A DNA stretch of 64,000 bases from Lama glama (taxonomy: Eukaryota), in contig CM052817.1 in assembly GCA_028534125.1 (NCBI GenBank), positions 18,664,001-18,728,000 of the forward strand. Reading direction: 5' to 3'. The position numbers and the translations under genes are program-made. How positions within the stretch are numbered: position 1 is the first letter of the stretch; each line of letters opens with the position of its first letter. This document shows, piece after piece, positions 52,030 to 64,000 of this stretch. Under the pieces are notes generated by a model. It was given only the letters and a program-made list of their open reading frames with translations, did not search any database and was not told the origin of the DNA.

Positions 52030-52790
52030 TGGTTTACTCATTCATTCATTCATTTAATCATTTACCAAATCTTTATTAAGCCACTTAGAATATATAAGTA
52101 TCAAGCTGAGCCTACCAAGATGACTAAGAAGATATCGTTCTCACATTCAGGGTATTCAGTCTACTTGGAAAAAAAATGCGTATCCACTAGTGATTATGGT
52201 AAAGTGTGGTAAAAATTTGGGAGAACTTTGTACATGAGTGCTGTAGCCTGAATGTGCCCCCTTCCAGAAATTCTTACATGTTAAATCCTCACACCCAATA
52301 TTTTGGTATTTGGATGGGAGACCTTTGGGAGGTAATTAAGTCATGAGGTTAAGCCCTCATGAGTGGGATCAGTGACCTTATAGAAGAGACCCCAGAGGGT
52401 CTTTGCCCCTTCCATCATGTGAGGACACAGTGAGGAGGCAGCTGTCTATGAACAGGCAAGCAGCCCTCACCAGACACCTGATCTACCAGGCATCTTGATC
52501 TAGGGCTTCCCAGCCTCCAGAGCTGAATGAGGAATAAATGTTTGTTGTTCATAAGCCACTCGGTACATTGTATTTTTGTTATAGCATTCTGAAGGGCCTA
52601 AGGCAGGTGGCTTTAGCAGCTACAGAAGGAGGCTGAGATACAGGTTAAAGAGATTCTTCAGAAAGGAACAGTGCTTTAGGCTGAGTCTTGAAAGAAAAGT
52701 ATGAGGTGTCCAGGCTGGAGGTGAGATGCGGGGAGTGAGGCTTCTGTGGGGCAGAGGCGCAGTGGTGTAACACAGCCTGATAGAACTTGC
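52030..52790 (-). mobile_element. L2 3' region split by an MLT1A LTR
   Basis: tcattcattcattcattta...; resumes with ggctgagtcttgaaagaaaagtatgaggtgtccaggc. Confidence 0.6.
52239..52605 (+). mobile_element. MaLR solo LTR, MLT1A0-like
   Basis: tgctgtagcctgaatgt...cctttgggaggtaattaagtcatgagg...cccagcctccagagctg...aataaatgtttgttgttcataagccac...ctaaggca. Confidence 0.9.
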
Positions 52791-52879
52791 AAGCAGTACG
52801 GACTGGCACTCTGTCAGAGCACTTGACGTGATTTGCCTCACTAACTTGCCTGATACCTGTTTCACCTGACTGTGCTGAT

Positions 52880-53307
52880 GCTCAGGGTAGGGTAGCAGAT
52901 GCTGCTGGCTGTGTCTCATTCTGTCCCCCAGAGACCCATCCCCATTTTGGTTGATGTGGTCAATTCCCCACCTCTCCTCCTTGGTTCTGACCTCATACCT
53001 GCAGTCTTCTTCAGACACTCTTTCCTGGGCCATTGAAGACACTAACAACCTGATAGGGCAAGGTGCAAAGTCCTAGCACTTTTACGTCAAGGCAGGGCCT
53101 TCTGTGTTGCAATTTATTCTTTACAGATTCCTCTAGGGGTCAGCCTACAGCTGGACTTTCTCTAGAAGTTCTTTTTACATAGCTTCTTCCCTTTCCTGGC
53201 TTATGCGCCTTCCACTCATATGTTTTTTTTTCCCTTAAAGCATTCTTTAATAAGCACTTTCCTCAGTCTCCATCTTTGACTGCTTCTGTGGAACACAGCC
53301 AAGACAA
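52880..53307 (+). mobile_element. ERVL LTR16-like LTR
   Basis: ggtgcaaagtcctagc...aataagcactt...ctgcttctgtggaacacagccaagaca 3' end. Confidence 0.65.
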
Positions 53308-53454
53308 GTGGGGTCTGTGTTTCATTCATCTTTATGCCGAAGTACCAAGAAGTGGAGACATGTTCTAAGCACTGAAAAATGAATTGTTAAATAAGTGGAT
53401 CTGAAAATCACATTTAGTAGACTGCAAGCATACATGGTAATTTGAAATCAGATA

Positions 53455-53635
53455 ATAGTTAACATTTATTAAATATTTACTGTGCTCTAGGCATCTTGTA
53501 AACTTGTTACATGTATAATTTTGTTTAAGTCTCAAGAGCCCCCACCAGGCAGACTGAATATTATCTATATTTTACTGATGAAGAAACCAGGGATTAGAGA
53601 AATTGATTTTTTGACTAAGACTCCTCAGCAAGAAT
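53455..53635 (-). mobile_element. MIR SINE
   Basis: aatagttaacatttattaaatatttactgtgc...attttactgatgaagaaaccaggg. Confidence 0.75.
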
Positions 53636-53659
53636 GACCTGTACAATTCCATTTAAGAC

Positions 53660-53686
53660 GTGTGTGTGTGTGTGTGTGTGTGTGTG
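53660..53686. repeat. (GT)13 microsatellite
   Basis: Direct observation. Confidence 0.95.
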
Positions 53687-54744
53687 CTGGTGGAAATCTG
53701 ATCATCTGAACTTCATTAATTGAAATTTAATTGATTTTAGAAAAGAGTTCAAAAACCCTGGATGTCAAATGGTTTTTTGACATAACTTTTAGGGCACGGG
53801 CAAAGGAGCTGGATGTAATATTTGAGTTATTAATAACACACTTTATTCAATTTCTTTTATGTGGAAATACTTAACTTATACTCTAAGATTCATGCTAACA
53901 AATTGTCCTCTCTCCACCTCCTCTCTCCCAAACTTAGGGTAACAACACATTGTTCATAGGCAGTACCCTGAGTGTCAGTTTGGCATCTGGATTATGTAAG
54001 GTATAATTGGATTTACCCTATGCAATTAGAACTGGGATTTTTTGCTGCCGAAGCACTACATTGCAGTTTTTGCCTGGAAACGAATTTTAAGCATTTTGTT
54101 TGGTGCTTGAAAAATCTGCCTTGACAGTGCTTCATAATAGAACCAATTATCAGGTGTGCTGTTACACATAGCCTTCCAGACCTCAATTTAAATAGAAAGT
54201 GGTGACAATTTCTTTTGTAAAATAGTCTCCACAACAATTAAAATCAACCATAATGTGTAGACCTACATGCTTATGAAAGCGACAACAAGGGACCGAGCAT
54301 ACTTGTTACATAAACATGTACTTTGAGGTTGAGATGATTGAATTGCCAACTAAAGAGAATGACAGATATTAACATCCTCTTCCAAGGCCAGTTCTTGCTG
54401 AATTTCTTTAATAGCTATTAACACAGTTAAACCTATACTCTGCCTGTATTACTTCTCTAAATGAGAAAAATAATCTTATTGACACAAGACCAGTATACTT
54501 CTACACTCTGAAACAAAACCTATTTTGATCTTCTTTTGTACATTGACTTCTGTGAGCATTTAAAGAAAGTGTCCATTTACTAGAGAAGTGGATAGAAATG
54601 CCTGATAGTTATGTTAAACAAGATAATGAGATGTACTGCTAATTTTTCTGTATCATATGCAAGCAAAACTCCCCAGAAGATTATTGGAAAGCTTATGCAA
54701 ATGGTTACTTACACATCACAAGGGGAATGTAGCATTGAGGAATA

Positions 54745-54907
54745 ATTCTCAAATGCATATAAATCTCCCAGTGCCTAAAGAATTATCTGGCCTCACTTTT
54801 TGTGATTTTGATTGTGAATTTGAAGTGAGAGCTAAAAATCTCTATTTTTATTTTTATTTCTTAACTCTCTAGGTGATTCACATGCATAGTTATATTGAAA
54901 ACCAGTA
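54745..54907. mobile_element. MER5-like hAT MITE
   Basis: ttctcaaatg...ttaactctctaggtgattcacatgca...ttgaaaaccagt. Confidence 0.55.
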
Positions 54908-54940
54908 GCTTAGAGCTTAATATATGAGTTTATGAATGTT

Positions 54941-55002
54941 TTTTAGATATGTTGATAATTATTACATACTATCAATATATACAATTATCAACATATCTGA
55001 AA
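54941..55002. repeat. Inverted repeat / hairpin
   Basis: agatatgttgataatt (54945-54960) and aattatcaacatatct (54983-54998) are exact reverse complements. Confidence 0.95.
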
Positions 55003-56239
55003 GTAATTATGACCTACATCCATGGAATATAGTCTTCAACTTTGAATTGTAGGAAAGCCTTTCTTGCTTTTATTTTCTTGTTTTTATTTATATATTGAAC
55101 AAGTTTTGAATATTGATCTTTAGGGATTTTTTAATAGTATCTTATGGTTGGAAAAGATTCCAAAATCTCAACATGCCCATCCTGTCACCTCAAGACAAAA
55201 CTACGTTCAGGTTTCAGGTGGACTGAGTATTGATAGGAAATCCCACACTGACTCAAAGATCCTGATTATGTTAGTGAGCTAAAGTGTGGTGACTAAGGAA
55301 AGCAGGAGAACGCAGTTTATTTTAGTTCAGTGGGCATAAAACTAGCCTAAGCTTTCACCTGAGACTGTGTAAAAACATTCCAAGAGTTTTAGAGGTATGA
55401 GTAGAAGTGAGGAATTTGTGTCTAAATTCTCATCTTCCCTGTGTACTTTTACCTACAATTTATCTGTCTGCGTGCCTCCATCATTATGCAGATTTGCATT
55501 TTCTGTCTCCTCTTTAAAAATCACCCTTCTCATACTTCAAAAAACAATGAGATACCTCTAATCTATTTCTAATTTGTTATAGTAGATTGTTTTGGGATGC
55601 AAAAATCTCAGAGGCACCAAAAGAACAATTCACAATATTGATGTAGGTGTTGAGAAAATGGCTGATTCAGATGACTGTGTAACCAAATCCTTTTGTAAAT
55701 CAGTTGTTTTTCAAATTTTTATTTGAATAATATTGATGGAAGATCAAATTGATTTGTTGTGCAGAGTTTATTAATAATAATTTTTGATTATAGGTGACCG
55801 TGTAATTTTGGGATATATCACAGAGGTAGTTGAAAGAGTTGAATGACAAAATGTTTCATATCCATCTACTTGTTAATGTGAACAAGGAATATCATCACCT
55901 ACATCTGTAAATAAGATCTGCAAGGATCTAGTTCTAAGTAATATTTCCTTACATATTTTAAAGCAGAAAGAGTCAATTTGAATTCCAATTCTACATTACT
56001 TTCATAGTCTATAACAATGCTGAAACATAAGATCAAAATGAATTAGACCTCAAAATATTCATTTATAAATATTTATTTGGGAATATTGATATCTTCACAA
56101 CAGCTAGTTTTCCAATCTGTTCAAGTGTTGTATCCATTGATTTATTAAGAGTTAATTTAATTCCTCTCAATTATGTGTTCTGGTTTTCAAATTTGTTTTT
56201 AGCTATTTAATAAGTTTAGGTGTTATAACATCCATTATC

Positions 56240-56345
56240 TTGATCGCAGTGATGGTTTCACAGTGTATACATATGTCAAAAAGTATCAAATTGTGGGCAT
56301 TAAATAACGTGTAGTTTATTGGTGTCAACTCTACCTCAGTTAATC
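56240..56345 (+). mobile_element. L1M 3' terminal fragment
   Basis: tatcttgatcgcagtgatggtttcacagtgtatacatatgtcaaa...tcaactctacctca. Confidence 0.75.
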
Positions 56346-56380
56346 TATTCTAAGTTTCAAGTTAAAATGAAGGAATTACC

Positions 56381-59300
56381 TTTTTTAAAATTTAGATTTT
56401 TTAAGAGCAGTTTAAGAACACAGCAAAATTAAATGGAAGATATAGAGTTCCCACATGCCCCTTACCCCCATAAAAACATAGCCTCCCTAATATTAACATC
56501 CCCCACCAGAGTGGTACAGTTGTTACCAATGCTAAACCTAAACTGACACATCATGATCACCCAGAATCCATAGTTTACGTAGTGGTACCTCATGGTGTTG
56601 TGTGGTCTATTGGTTTGGACAAATATATGATGACATATATCTATCATATGGTATCACACAGAGTATTTTCACTCATCTAAATGTCCTCTGAGCTCTGCCT
56701 ATTCATTCCACCCACCTCCCTCACTCCGACAACCACTCCTTTACTATAATGTCATATACTGGAAACAGCAGGTAGTCTGTTGAGGTTGACTTCTTTCACT
56801 CAGTAATATGTATTTAACGTTTCTCCATGTCTTTTCATGGCTTGATATCTCATTTCCCCCTTTTTAAAAATTGAAATATAGTTGATTTATCTCATTTCTT
56901 TTTATAGCTGAATATATTCTATTGTCTAGATGTACTGTAGTTTGTTACCATTCACCCACTGAAGGACATCTTGGTGCTTCCAAGTTGGCAATTATAAAGC
57001 TGCTATAAACATCTGTGTGCAGGTTTTTGTGTGGACAAAAGTTTTCAGTTTCTTTGGGTAAATACCAGGCGGTATGATAGCTGGATCTTATGGTAAGAGT
57101 ACGTTTTGTTTTATAGGGAGTTTTGTTTTATAGGAAACCACCAGACTGTCTTCCTATAGTTTGGTGGGAAGTTTGCTGTACCATTTTGCATTCTTATCAG
57201 CAATGGATGAATTCCTATTGCTCCACATCCTCACCAGCACTCAGTGTTGTCAGTGTCGTGGATTTTGGCTCCTCTAATGAGTATATAGAGGGTATCTCAT
57301 TGTTGTTTTCATTTGCATTTCCCTGATAATATATGATGTGGAGCATCTTCTCATATGCTTACTGTCATCTGTATATCTTCTTTGGGGAGGTGTGTGTAAA
57401 GTCTTTGGCCTACTTTTTTTTTTTTAAATTGGGTTGCCATCTTTCTTATTGTTGATTTTTAAGCGTTATTTGTATATGTTGGATAACAGTACTTTATCAG
57501 ATGTGTCTTCTTCCAGTCTGTGACATGTCTTCTAGTTCTGTTGACACTGTGTTTTGCAGTGCAGAAAGTTTACATTTTATTGAAGTTTAGTTTATCAGTT
57601 GTTCCTTTCATGGGCTGTATCTTTGGTGTTATATCTAAAAAGTTATCACCATGCCCAAGGTCATCTAGGTTTTCTCCTACATTATCTTATATACATTTTA
57701 TAGTTTTGCATTTTACATTTAAGTCTGGGATCCATTTTGAGTTAATTTTTGTGAAGGGCATAAGGTATGTGTCTAATTTTTTTCTTTTTCTTTCCTTTTT
57801 TTCCAAATGGATATTAGTTGTTCTAGCATCATTTTTTAAGAAGATATCTTGGATCTGTTTTATGCTTTTGCTCCTTTTAAAAGAGCAATGAATTATATTT
57901 CTGTCAGTCAAGTTCTGAGATCTGCTCTTTTCCACTATTATATTTGCCTATTCTTTCACCAGTACCTCAGGTTCTTGATTACTATAGCCTTCTGGTGAGT
58001 CTTGAAGTCAGGATGTGTTAACCCTCCAACTTTACTCTTCTCCTTCAATATTGTGTTGGTTATTCTGGGCCTTTTGCCTCTCTTTATAAAGTTTAGAATT
58101 GGTAAGTAAATAGTCACAGAGTGACTTGCTGGGATTTTGATTGAAATTGCATTGAATCTAAATATCAATTTGGGAAGAACTGACGTATTAAAAATATTGT
58201 TTTTCTATCCATAAACATGGAATATTTCTCTATTTAGTTTTTCTTTGATTTCACTCATCAGAGTCTTACAATTTTTCTCATAGAGATGTGTATGTTTTGT
58301 TAGATTTATATGTAAGTATCTCATTTTTTGGGGTACAAATATAAATTGTACTCAAAATTAATTTCTAACTCCACTTATGTATTGCAGGTATACAGGAAAG
58401 TGATTAACTTTTGTGTATTAACCTTCTATCCTGAAACTTTATTATAATCACTTATTAGTTGTAGGGGTGTTTTTGCTGATTGTCAGATTGTCTACATAGA
58501 AGATCATGTCATCTGTGAACAAAGACAGATTTATTTCTTCCTTCTCAGTTTGTATACTTTTTATGTTTTATTACATTAGCTAGAACTTTCAGTATGATAT
58601 TGAAAGGGGGTGATGAGAGGGGATGTCCTTGCCTCATACCTGATCTTAGTGAGCGAGTTTCAAGTTTCTCAACATAAAGTTTAATATTAGCTGTATATAT
58701 TTTGTAGCTATTCTTTATCAAATTGGGGAAGTTCCCCTCTATTCCTAGTTTACTAAGAATTTATATTATGAATGTGTTTTGGATTGGTAGAATTCACCAG
58801 TCAACCCATCTGGGCCTGATGCCTTCTGTTTTGAAAGGTTATTAATTATTAATTCAATTTCTTTAATAGATATAGATAGGCCTATTCATATAATCTGTTT
58901 CTTCTTATGTGAGTTTAGGCAGATTGTATCTTTGAAGGAATTGGTTTATTTTGGCTGGGTTATCTAATTGTGGGCATAGAGTTGTCCATAATATTCTCTA
59001 TTATATTTTTAATATGCATGACATGAGTAATAATGTCACCTCTTTCATTTCTGATGTTAGTAATTTCTGTCCTCTCTTTTTATTCCTTAACCTAGCTAGA
59101 GGTTTTTTGATTTCATTAATCTTTTTAAAGGACCAGTTTTTGGTTTCATTTTTTTTATACTCTTAATTTTTATTTTTAATTTCATTGATTTCTTCTCTAA
59201 TTTTTATTATTTTTGTCTACTTACTTTGCATTTAATTTATTCTTCTTTTTCTGTTTCCTAAGGTGAAAGCAGATTATTGATTTTAGCTCTTTCTTCTTTT

Positions 59301-59640
59301 CTAATATATTCATTCAGTTCTATACCTTTCCCTCTAAGAACTGCTTTCACTGCATCCCAGAAATTTTGATGATGTTTTTTCAAAAATTTTAATCTTTTGA
59401 GATTTCTTTGATCCATGTGTTATTTAGAAGTGTGTTGTTTAATCTCCATGTATTTGGGTTATTTTTTCATTATTGACTTCTAGTTTCATTACATTGTGGT
59501 CTGAGAGGAGACACTGCATGATTTCTGTTCTTTTAAATTTACTAAAATGTGTTTTGTGGCTAGAGTGTGGTCTATCTTGATGAATGTCCTGGTGATTTTT
59601 AGAAGAATGTGTATTCTGCTGTTGCTGGATAAGGTAGTCT
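56381..59640 (-). mobile_element. L1MC1-like element (3' UTR plus decayed ORF2)
   Basis: catcccccaccagagtggtaca...catcatgatcacccagaatccatagtttac 3' UTR; ORF track gives ORF2-like FNAISIKIP...GGLTHPDFK and [22 protein letters not shown]. Confidence 0.92.
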
Positions 59641-60370
59641 TTAGAAGAATTATCATTTAAAAAATTTCAAATAGTATTGCTGGTAGGTAGACATGTTCTT
59701 AAAGTTGCTTTAGGAGTAATATTTTAAAATTCACTAATTTAATTAATACTAATAGATTTTTATGTTCTGTATATACAATTATGCCATCTATAAGTAATGA
59801 CAATTTTATTTCATTCTTCAAAACTTTATAAATTTATTTCCTTTTCTGCCTTATTTCACTTCTCATATTTTTCAGTAAAATATGGATTGTATTGCTTCTG
59901 GTAAATGGTCAGGGGAAAGGCTTGGAATATTTTACCATATCATGGATTTATTTTGATTGTAAACTCTTTGTAGATATTCTAATCCAGATTAAAGTTTTTT
60001 TGTGTGTGTCTGTGTGTCGTTCCTGATTTTCCAATAGTTATTCCAGTAGTTCTAATAATTGTTGTTTATGGTGATATTTTTAAGCATATATGCATTCTAC
60101 ATACTGTCTGATTTTTTCCTGGAATCAATCAAAATGATCACACAATGATTATTCTTTCTTTATCTTAATGTGGTAAAATACACTGGTATTTTGAATTATA
60201 AACAAAACTTTCACTCTATGAATGAACCTCTTTAGTCATGATGCATTATTTTTTTTAAATATATTACTTTTAATATATATTAGTATGTATTCATGTAATG
60301 TCTTGTAATATTGGTATTATTTCTTTTTTAAAAGTTTGAAAGAATTCACTGTTGAAGCCATCAGGGTCTG
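59641..60370 (-). mobile_element. Older L1ME ORF2 fragment
   Basis: atgccatctataagtaatgacaattttatttc, agaattcactgttgaagccatcaggg; likely continuous with ~56050-56220. Confidence 0.6.
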
Positions 60371-60662
60371 CATATGTGATTGCACTTATGTGACATTCTG
60401 GAAGAAGTTGAAAAATTGTAAGGAAATAAAGTATATCATTGCCAAAGACCAGGGTATAGGGCATGGGATTGACCGTTAAGAGGAATCTTGTTGGAATGAT
60501 GGGAATATTTTATGTTTTGATTGATGTGGTGGTTATATGGCTGCATAGGCTTGGTCACAACTGTGCAAATTAAACTGTACACTTGTAACCAATGGATTTT
60601 ACTCTGTAAATTATTCACTACATGTGTTTTATAAAAAATAAACTGCAATTATACTTCAATAT
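60371..60662 (+). mobile_element. L1MB/L1ME 3' end
   Basis: acttatgtgacattctggaa...ggaatgatgggaatattttatgttttgatt...aattatacttcaat. Confidence 0.7.
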
Positions 60663-60734
60663 CATACTTTAGTTAATTGTAAATTTTAAAAAGTATATTC
60701 CAGTTGAAGGAAAATTCAAATAGAAAGAAATGTT

Positions 60735-60975
60735 TTGGAAATTCTGGATTTGAAGTAAAAAATGAACTTTAGTATCAGTTTTGCTTATCAACCATATAAT
60801 CTTGGATGAGTCATTTAACCTCCCAAAGCAGTCTCATTTGTTAAAAGGAACGTGTCTATGTAACCCAACTCTCTTAACTGCATTAAATACTATTTAGAGG
60901 TATCAAGGACAAAGTAGGAATGCAATAGATGTCCATCAAACTTAAATATGGCATGTTGCTAAGTATCTTCATTAT
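60735..60975 (+). mobile_element. MIR SINE
   Basis: atcttggatgagtcatttaacctcccaaagcagtctcatttgttaaaa. Confidence 0.6.
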
Positions 60976-61719
60976 CTTCTTATTTTATCTTGAATAAGAA
61001 TGTTAAAAAAAAACAACCTCTTCATTGAGATTACCTTTTCAATTTGTAATGAGCACCCACATAGAAGAACTCTTTGTTTGTTTGTTTCAATTAGCTGGAT
61101 TTAAGTTATAAAATAGAATATGGCTACTTAAGAAGAACTTCTGAAGAGTAATGAAATAGGACCTTATATTCTTTCATTACTTTTTATTCAGGACATATAA
61201 GCTGTCTGCTCAGCTCCTAACTTAATTCTATTAAGTAAGTAACCTGATCTATGTAAAGTTTGAGTAGGAGGACATTTTTGGCACCTTTCTGCCACTGAAT
61301 GTTGCCACTTCAAAAGCCAGTCTAATCAGGTCCTTCCTCTTCTGTTTCTCCTACAACCATAGTGAGACCATATAGACCAACCCTGGATAAGGACCTGCAA
61401 CCTAGCCTTCAGAGTCCCCTTGATTTCTGCTAATTATCTAATCCTTTTGTTAATTCTAGGAGCCACAAATATTCTTCCACTAAATTATCTGTTTATATTT
61501 TATACTAGCAAGTGTTAGTTTATGTTGCCCGCAATAATAACCTCAAGTGAACAAGAAAAGTCAATACCTTCAAAGAGATTACTGTTTGAATTTATTGGAA
61601 AATTAGACAACCTGCTTCCCAAAGTGTAATTGATGACCATCTGTCAAGTAAGTGAATATGCTGAAGGAAAAATGAATAAAAAGGACTTTCACTTGATGAT
61701 GATGATGTTTCAAAAACTG

Positions 61720-62845
61720 GATTCACCCTGAAGACTTAAAAGCAAAACAAAACAAAGTGACAAAATATATGAAATTACAGTTTTCAGATATCAGAAAACG
61801 GTCAGTGGGAGACAGTGATCCCTGCAAAAAGAGAAGCAAATGAGGTGGGCTTTCCATGCTCCCAACACAGACGTGCAGGAAGGACACACCTCAGTAGAAC
61901 CCAGCAGTCTCCTGGCGTTAGGATGAGAGAGTCAGAATTTGTGAAAGTCAAGTTGCCGAGAACCAACGGAGCAGAGTGCTAGAAAGAGAGCTGCGTGTAG
62001 AGAGAGCACGTTAGAACCAAAAAGGGTTACTCTCAAGTCTTAACCTAAGTACTGATAAGCACATATATGTGAGGAAACCTGAATCCAGGGAAAGACACAT
62101 AGGAAGGACAAGGCAGAATCATCCTTGAAGTTCAGATAGGACCAGGAATAATTCGTGTTCCAGCCAAAGTGGAAAGACCTCCAAAACAAGGGACATTGGT
62201 AGAGTTCTCGGAAGGAAATTCAGTTAGTGGGGCGTGCTTTGCCCTTAATTAAGTGCTGTTTTGAAACTGCCTAAGAAAGGTTAAAAACAAGCTTGGAAAT
62301 AATGGATCAAATTGTTCCCAAGTAACTTAACTGCACAACAAAATGAAGCCTTAAAATATTTAAAGGAACACACACACACACACACACACAAAACCCAAAA
62401 CATAAAATTCTCAATTGCACTCGATAAAATGAGCATGAAAAATAAGAAAATATGACCCATGATGAGAAGAAAAATCAGTTAATAGAAGTAGAACTAGATT
62501 TGACACAAGTAATAGAATTAGTAAAAAGGAATGATAAAAAGGCCAATATAAATATATTCCATATTTTCAAGTAACTAGTGGAAAGCATGAACATGATAAG
62601 GGGAAAAATGAAAGGTCTAAAAAGATCCAGTTTAAACTGTTAGAGATGAAAAGTAAAATATCTAGGATGAGAAATATATAGGATCAAGAAGAGACTAGAA
62701 ACTGCACAACATTAATGAATTTAAAGACCTAGAAACAAAATATATCCAAAATGACAAAAGTCTGAACAATAAAGTAGACAAGAGAATCAGTGAGCTGTGA
62801 CAAAATATTAAACAACCTAATATATATGTGCTCTGAGTCCACATA
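61720..62845 (+). mobile_element. Old L1M 5' UTR / ORF1 fragment
   Basis: tcagtggggagacagtgatccctg, aagtactgataagcacat, aaaatatgacccatgatgagaagaaaaatcag, agaatcagtgagctgtgacaaaat. Confidence 0.75.
62369..62390. repeat. (CA)11 microsatellite
   Basis: Direct observation. Confidence 0.95.
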
Positions 62846-62847
62846 AT

Positions 62848-63210
62848 TGTGAAGTCAGCTGGATGGTAAGGTTGTAAGTCAGCTGAGCGTTGGCTGGTCT
62901 AGAATTATTTCAGATGAGATGACCCATTTGTGTTCTATGTGGTCTTTTATTCTCCAGGAGGATAGCCCAGGCTTGCTCAAATGATGAGTGTTCACTAGAG
63001 AGTGAACAGAAGTGTGCAACACCTCTTTACACCCACATTTGGACCAATGCCACTCACTCAGGCTTCATTATTTTTGCCAAAGCAAGTCCAAGGTCAACCT
63101 GGACTGAACGAGATGGAGAAATGGACTGCAGATTTTGATGGCATCACATTCCAGGAGTTGTTGGTACAACGGCAGAAGATCTAGGGCATTTTTAAATAAC
63201 CTATCTGTCA
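62848..63210 (-). mobile_element. MaLR LTR, MLT1G/H-like
   Basis: tggctggtctagaat...tctatgtggtcttttattctccaggaggatagcccaggcttgctca...gccaaagcaagtccaagg. Confidence 0.75.
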
Positions 63211-64000
63211 TATGTTTTAATAATAATTACCAAAACCATGTTATGTTGAGTGGCACTTTGTGCTCTCAGTGTTAGTCTCTAGCTTCTATTTGGAATGATA
63301 AGTAGATGGTTCAGATAAAAGGAAAAGCCTTGAACTCAGACATATTTTCATTTTCTGAGAGTTTATCCTGTGGATACGTTTCCACTTTTGAGTGGTAAAT
63401 CCCCTTTCCTCATTTTGCCTAATATTTCATACCCCTGTCTACTTAGAGTGTAGCTGTACCCTGGGATACTTTCTAATTTTCATACTATCTAGTTTTGTTT
63501 TGTTTTTTTAACTAAAATGTGTATCTGTCAAACAGCCATGCAGCCAACATTTGATATGGGAATAATTAGAAGGCATTTTAGTTTCTTTCCTAAGCAAAAC
63601 CACTTTGACTATAAAATATTATAGAAATAAATTGTCTGAACAATATGTAACATTCCAGTGTAATGCTGCAGGGAGCTGATAGCTCTTGACTCAAATCTCT
63701 GAATGCCAAAACCCTCTAGGCTTGCTTTGAAAAGCTCCATATAGATAGCTTTCATGCACTGTAGTAAGATAAAATAGAGGAGCCCAAGAGTTTCCTATAA
63801 TTATATAATTTATTCTCTTTATCTAAAAATAAAACCAGTTAGAAAAGGAGTTTGAACATTTGGAAGAAATAACACATTTAAAGACTTAATTGGTTCTTTA
63901 TTAGGACATTATTTTCAGAGAGTTAGTATAATATTTCTTCACTGAATATTCTAAAATAGAAAGAGCTGACAGTCCACAAATGCTGAACAATTTGCCAATG

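Noticed and set aside
52620..53048. 142-aa minus-strand ORF
   Set aside because: Crosses L2 and LTR16-like repeats; no family resemblance.
57123..59166. ORFs resembling reverse-transcriptase-region peptides
   Set aside because: Broken L1MC1 ORF2 fragments.
1..64000. CRISPR arrays, operons, rRNA, CpG island or other prokaryote-type systems
   Set aside because: Mammalian repeat-rich DNA; no regular repeat-spacer structure, long ORFs or CpG island seen.

Overview
AT-rich, CpG-depleted mammalian DNA, almost certainly camelid: a tRNA-Ala-derived Vic-1-type SINE with a 12-bp TSD lies at 51671-51787. The window looks intergenic or deep-intronic. It is dominated by old eutherian repeats (L1M/L1MC/L1MD/L1ME, L2, MIR, MaLR MLT1, ERVL MER54/MER68/LTR16-like, hAT MER5/MER94-like) with a few younger insertions (cetartiodactyl-type L1 fragments and two MER41-like ERV1 solo LTRs). 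I recognise no known protein-coding gene; the ORF track is mostly decayed L1 ORF2, LTR or low-complexity sequence. Best leads: (1) two inverted MER41-like solo LTRs that each keep a GAS motif; (2) a speculative phase-consistent minus-strand 4-exon ORF lying between them; (3) a 62-nt near-perfect hairpin; (4) several motif-dense non-repeat segments; (5) small insertion and repair scars. I found no convincing new biological system. Repeat family names are from memory of consensus sequences, and boundaries of old repeats are approximate.
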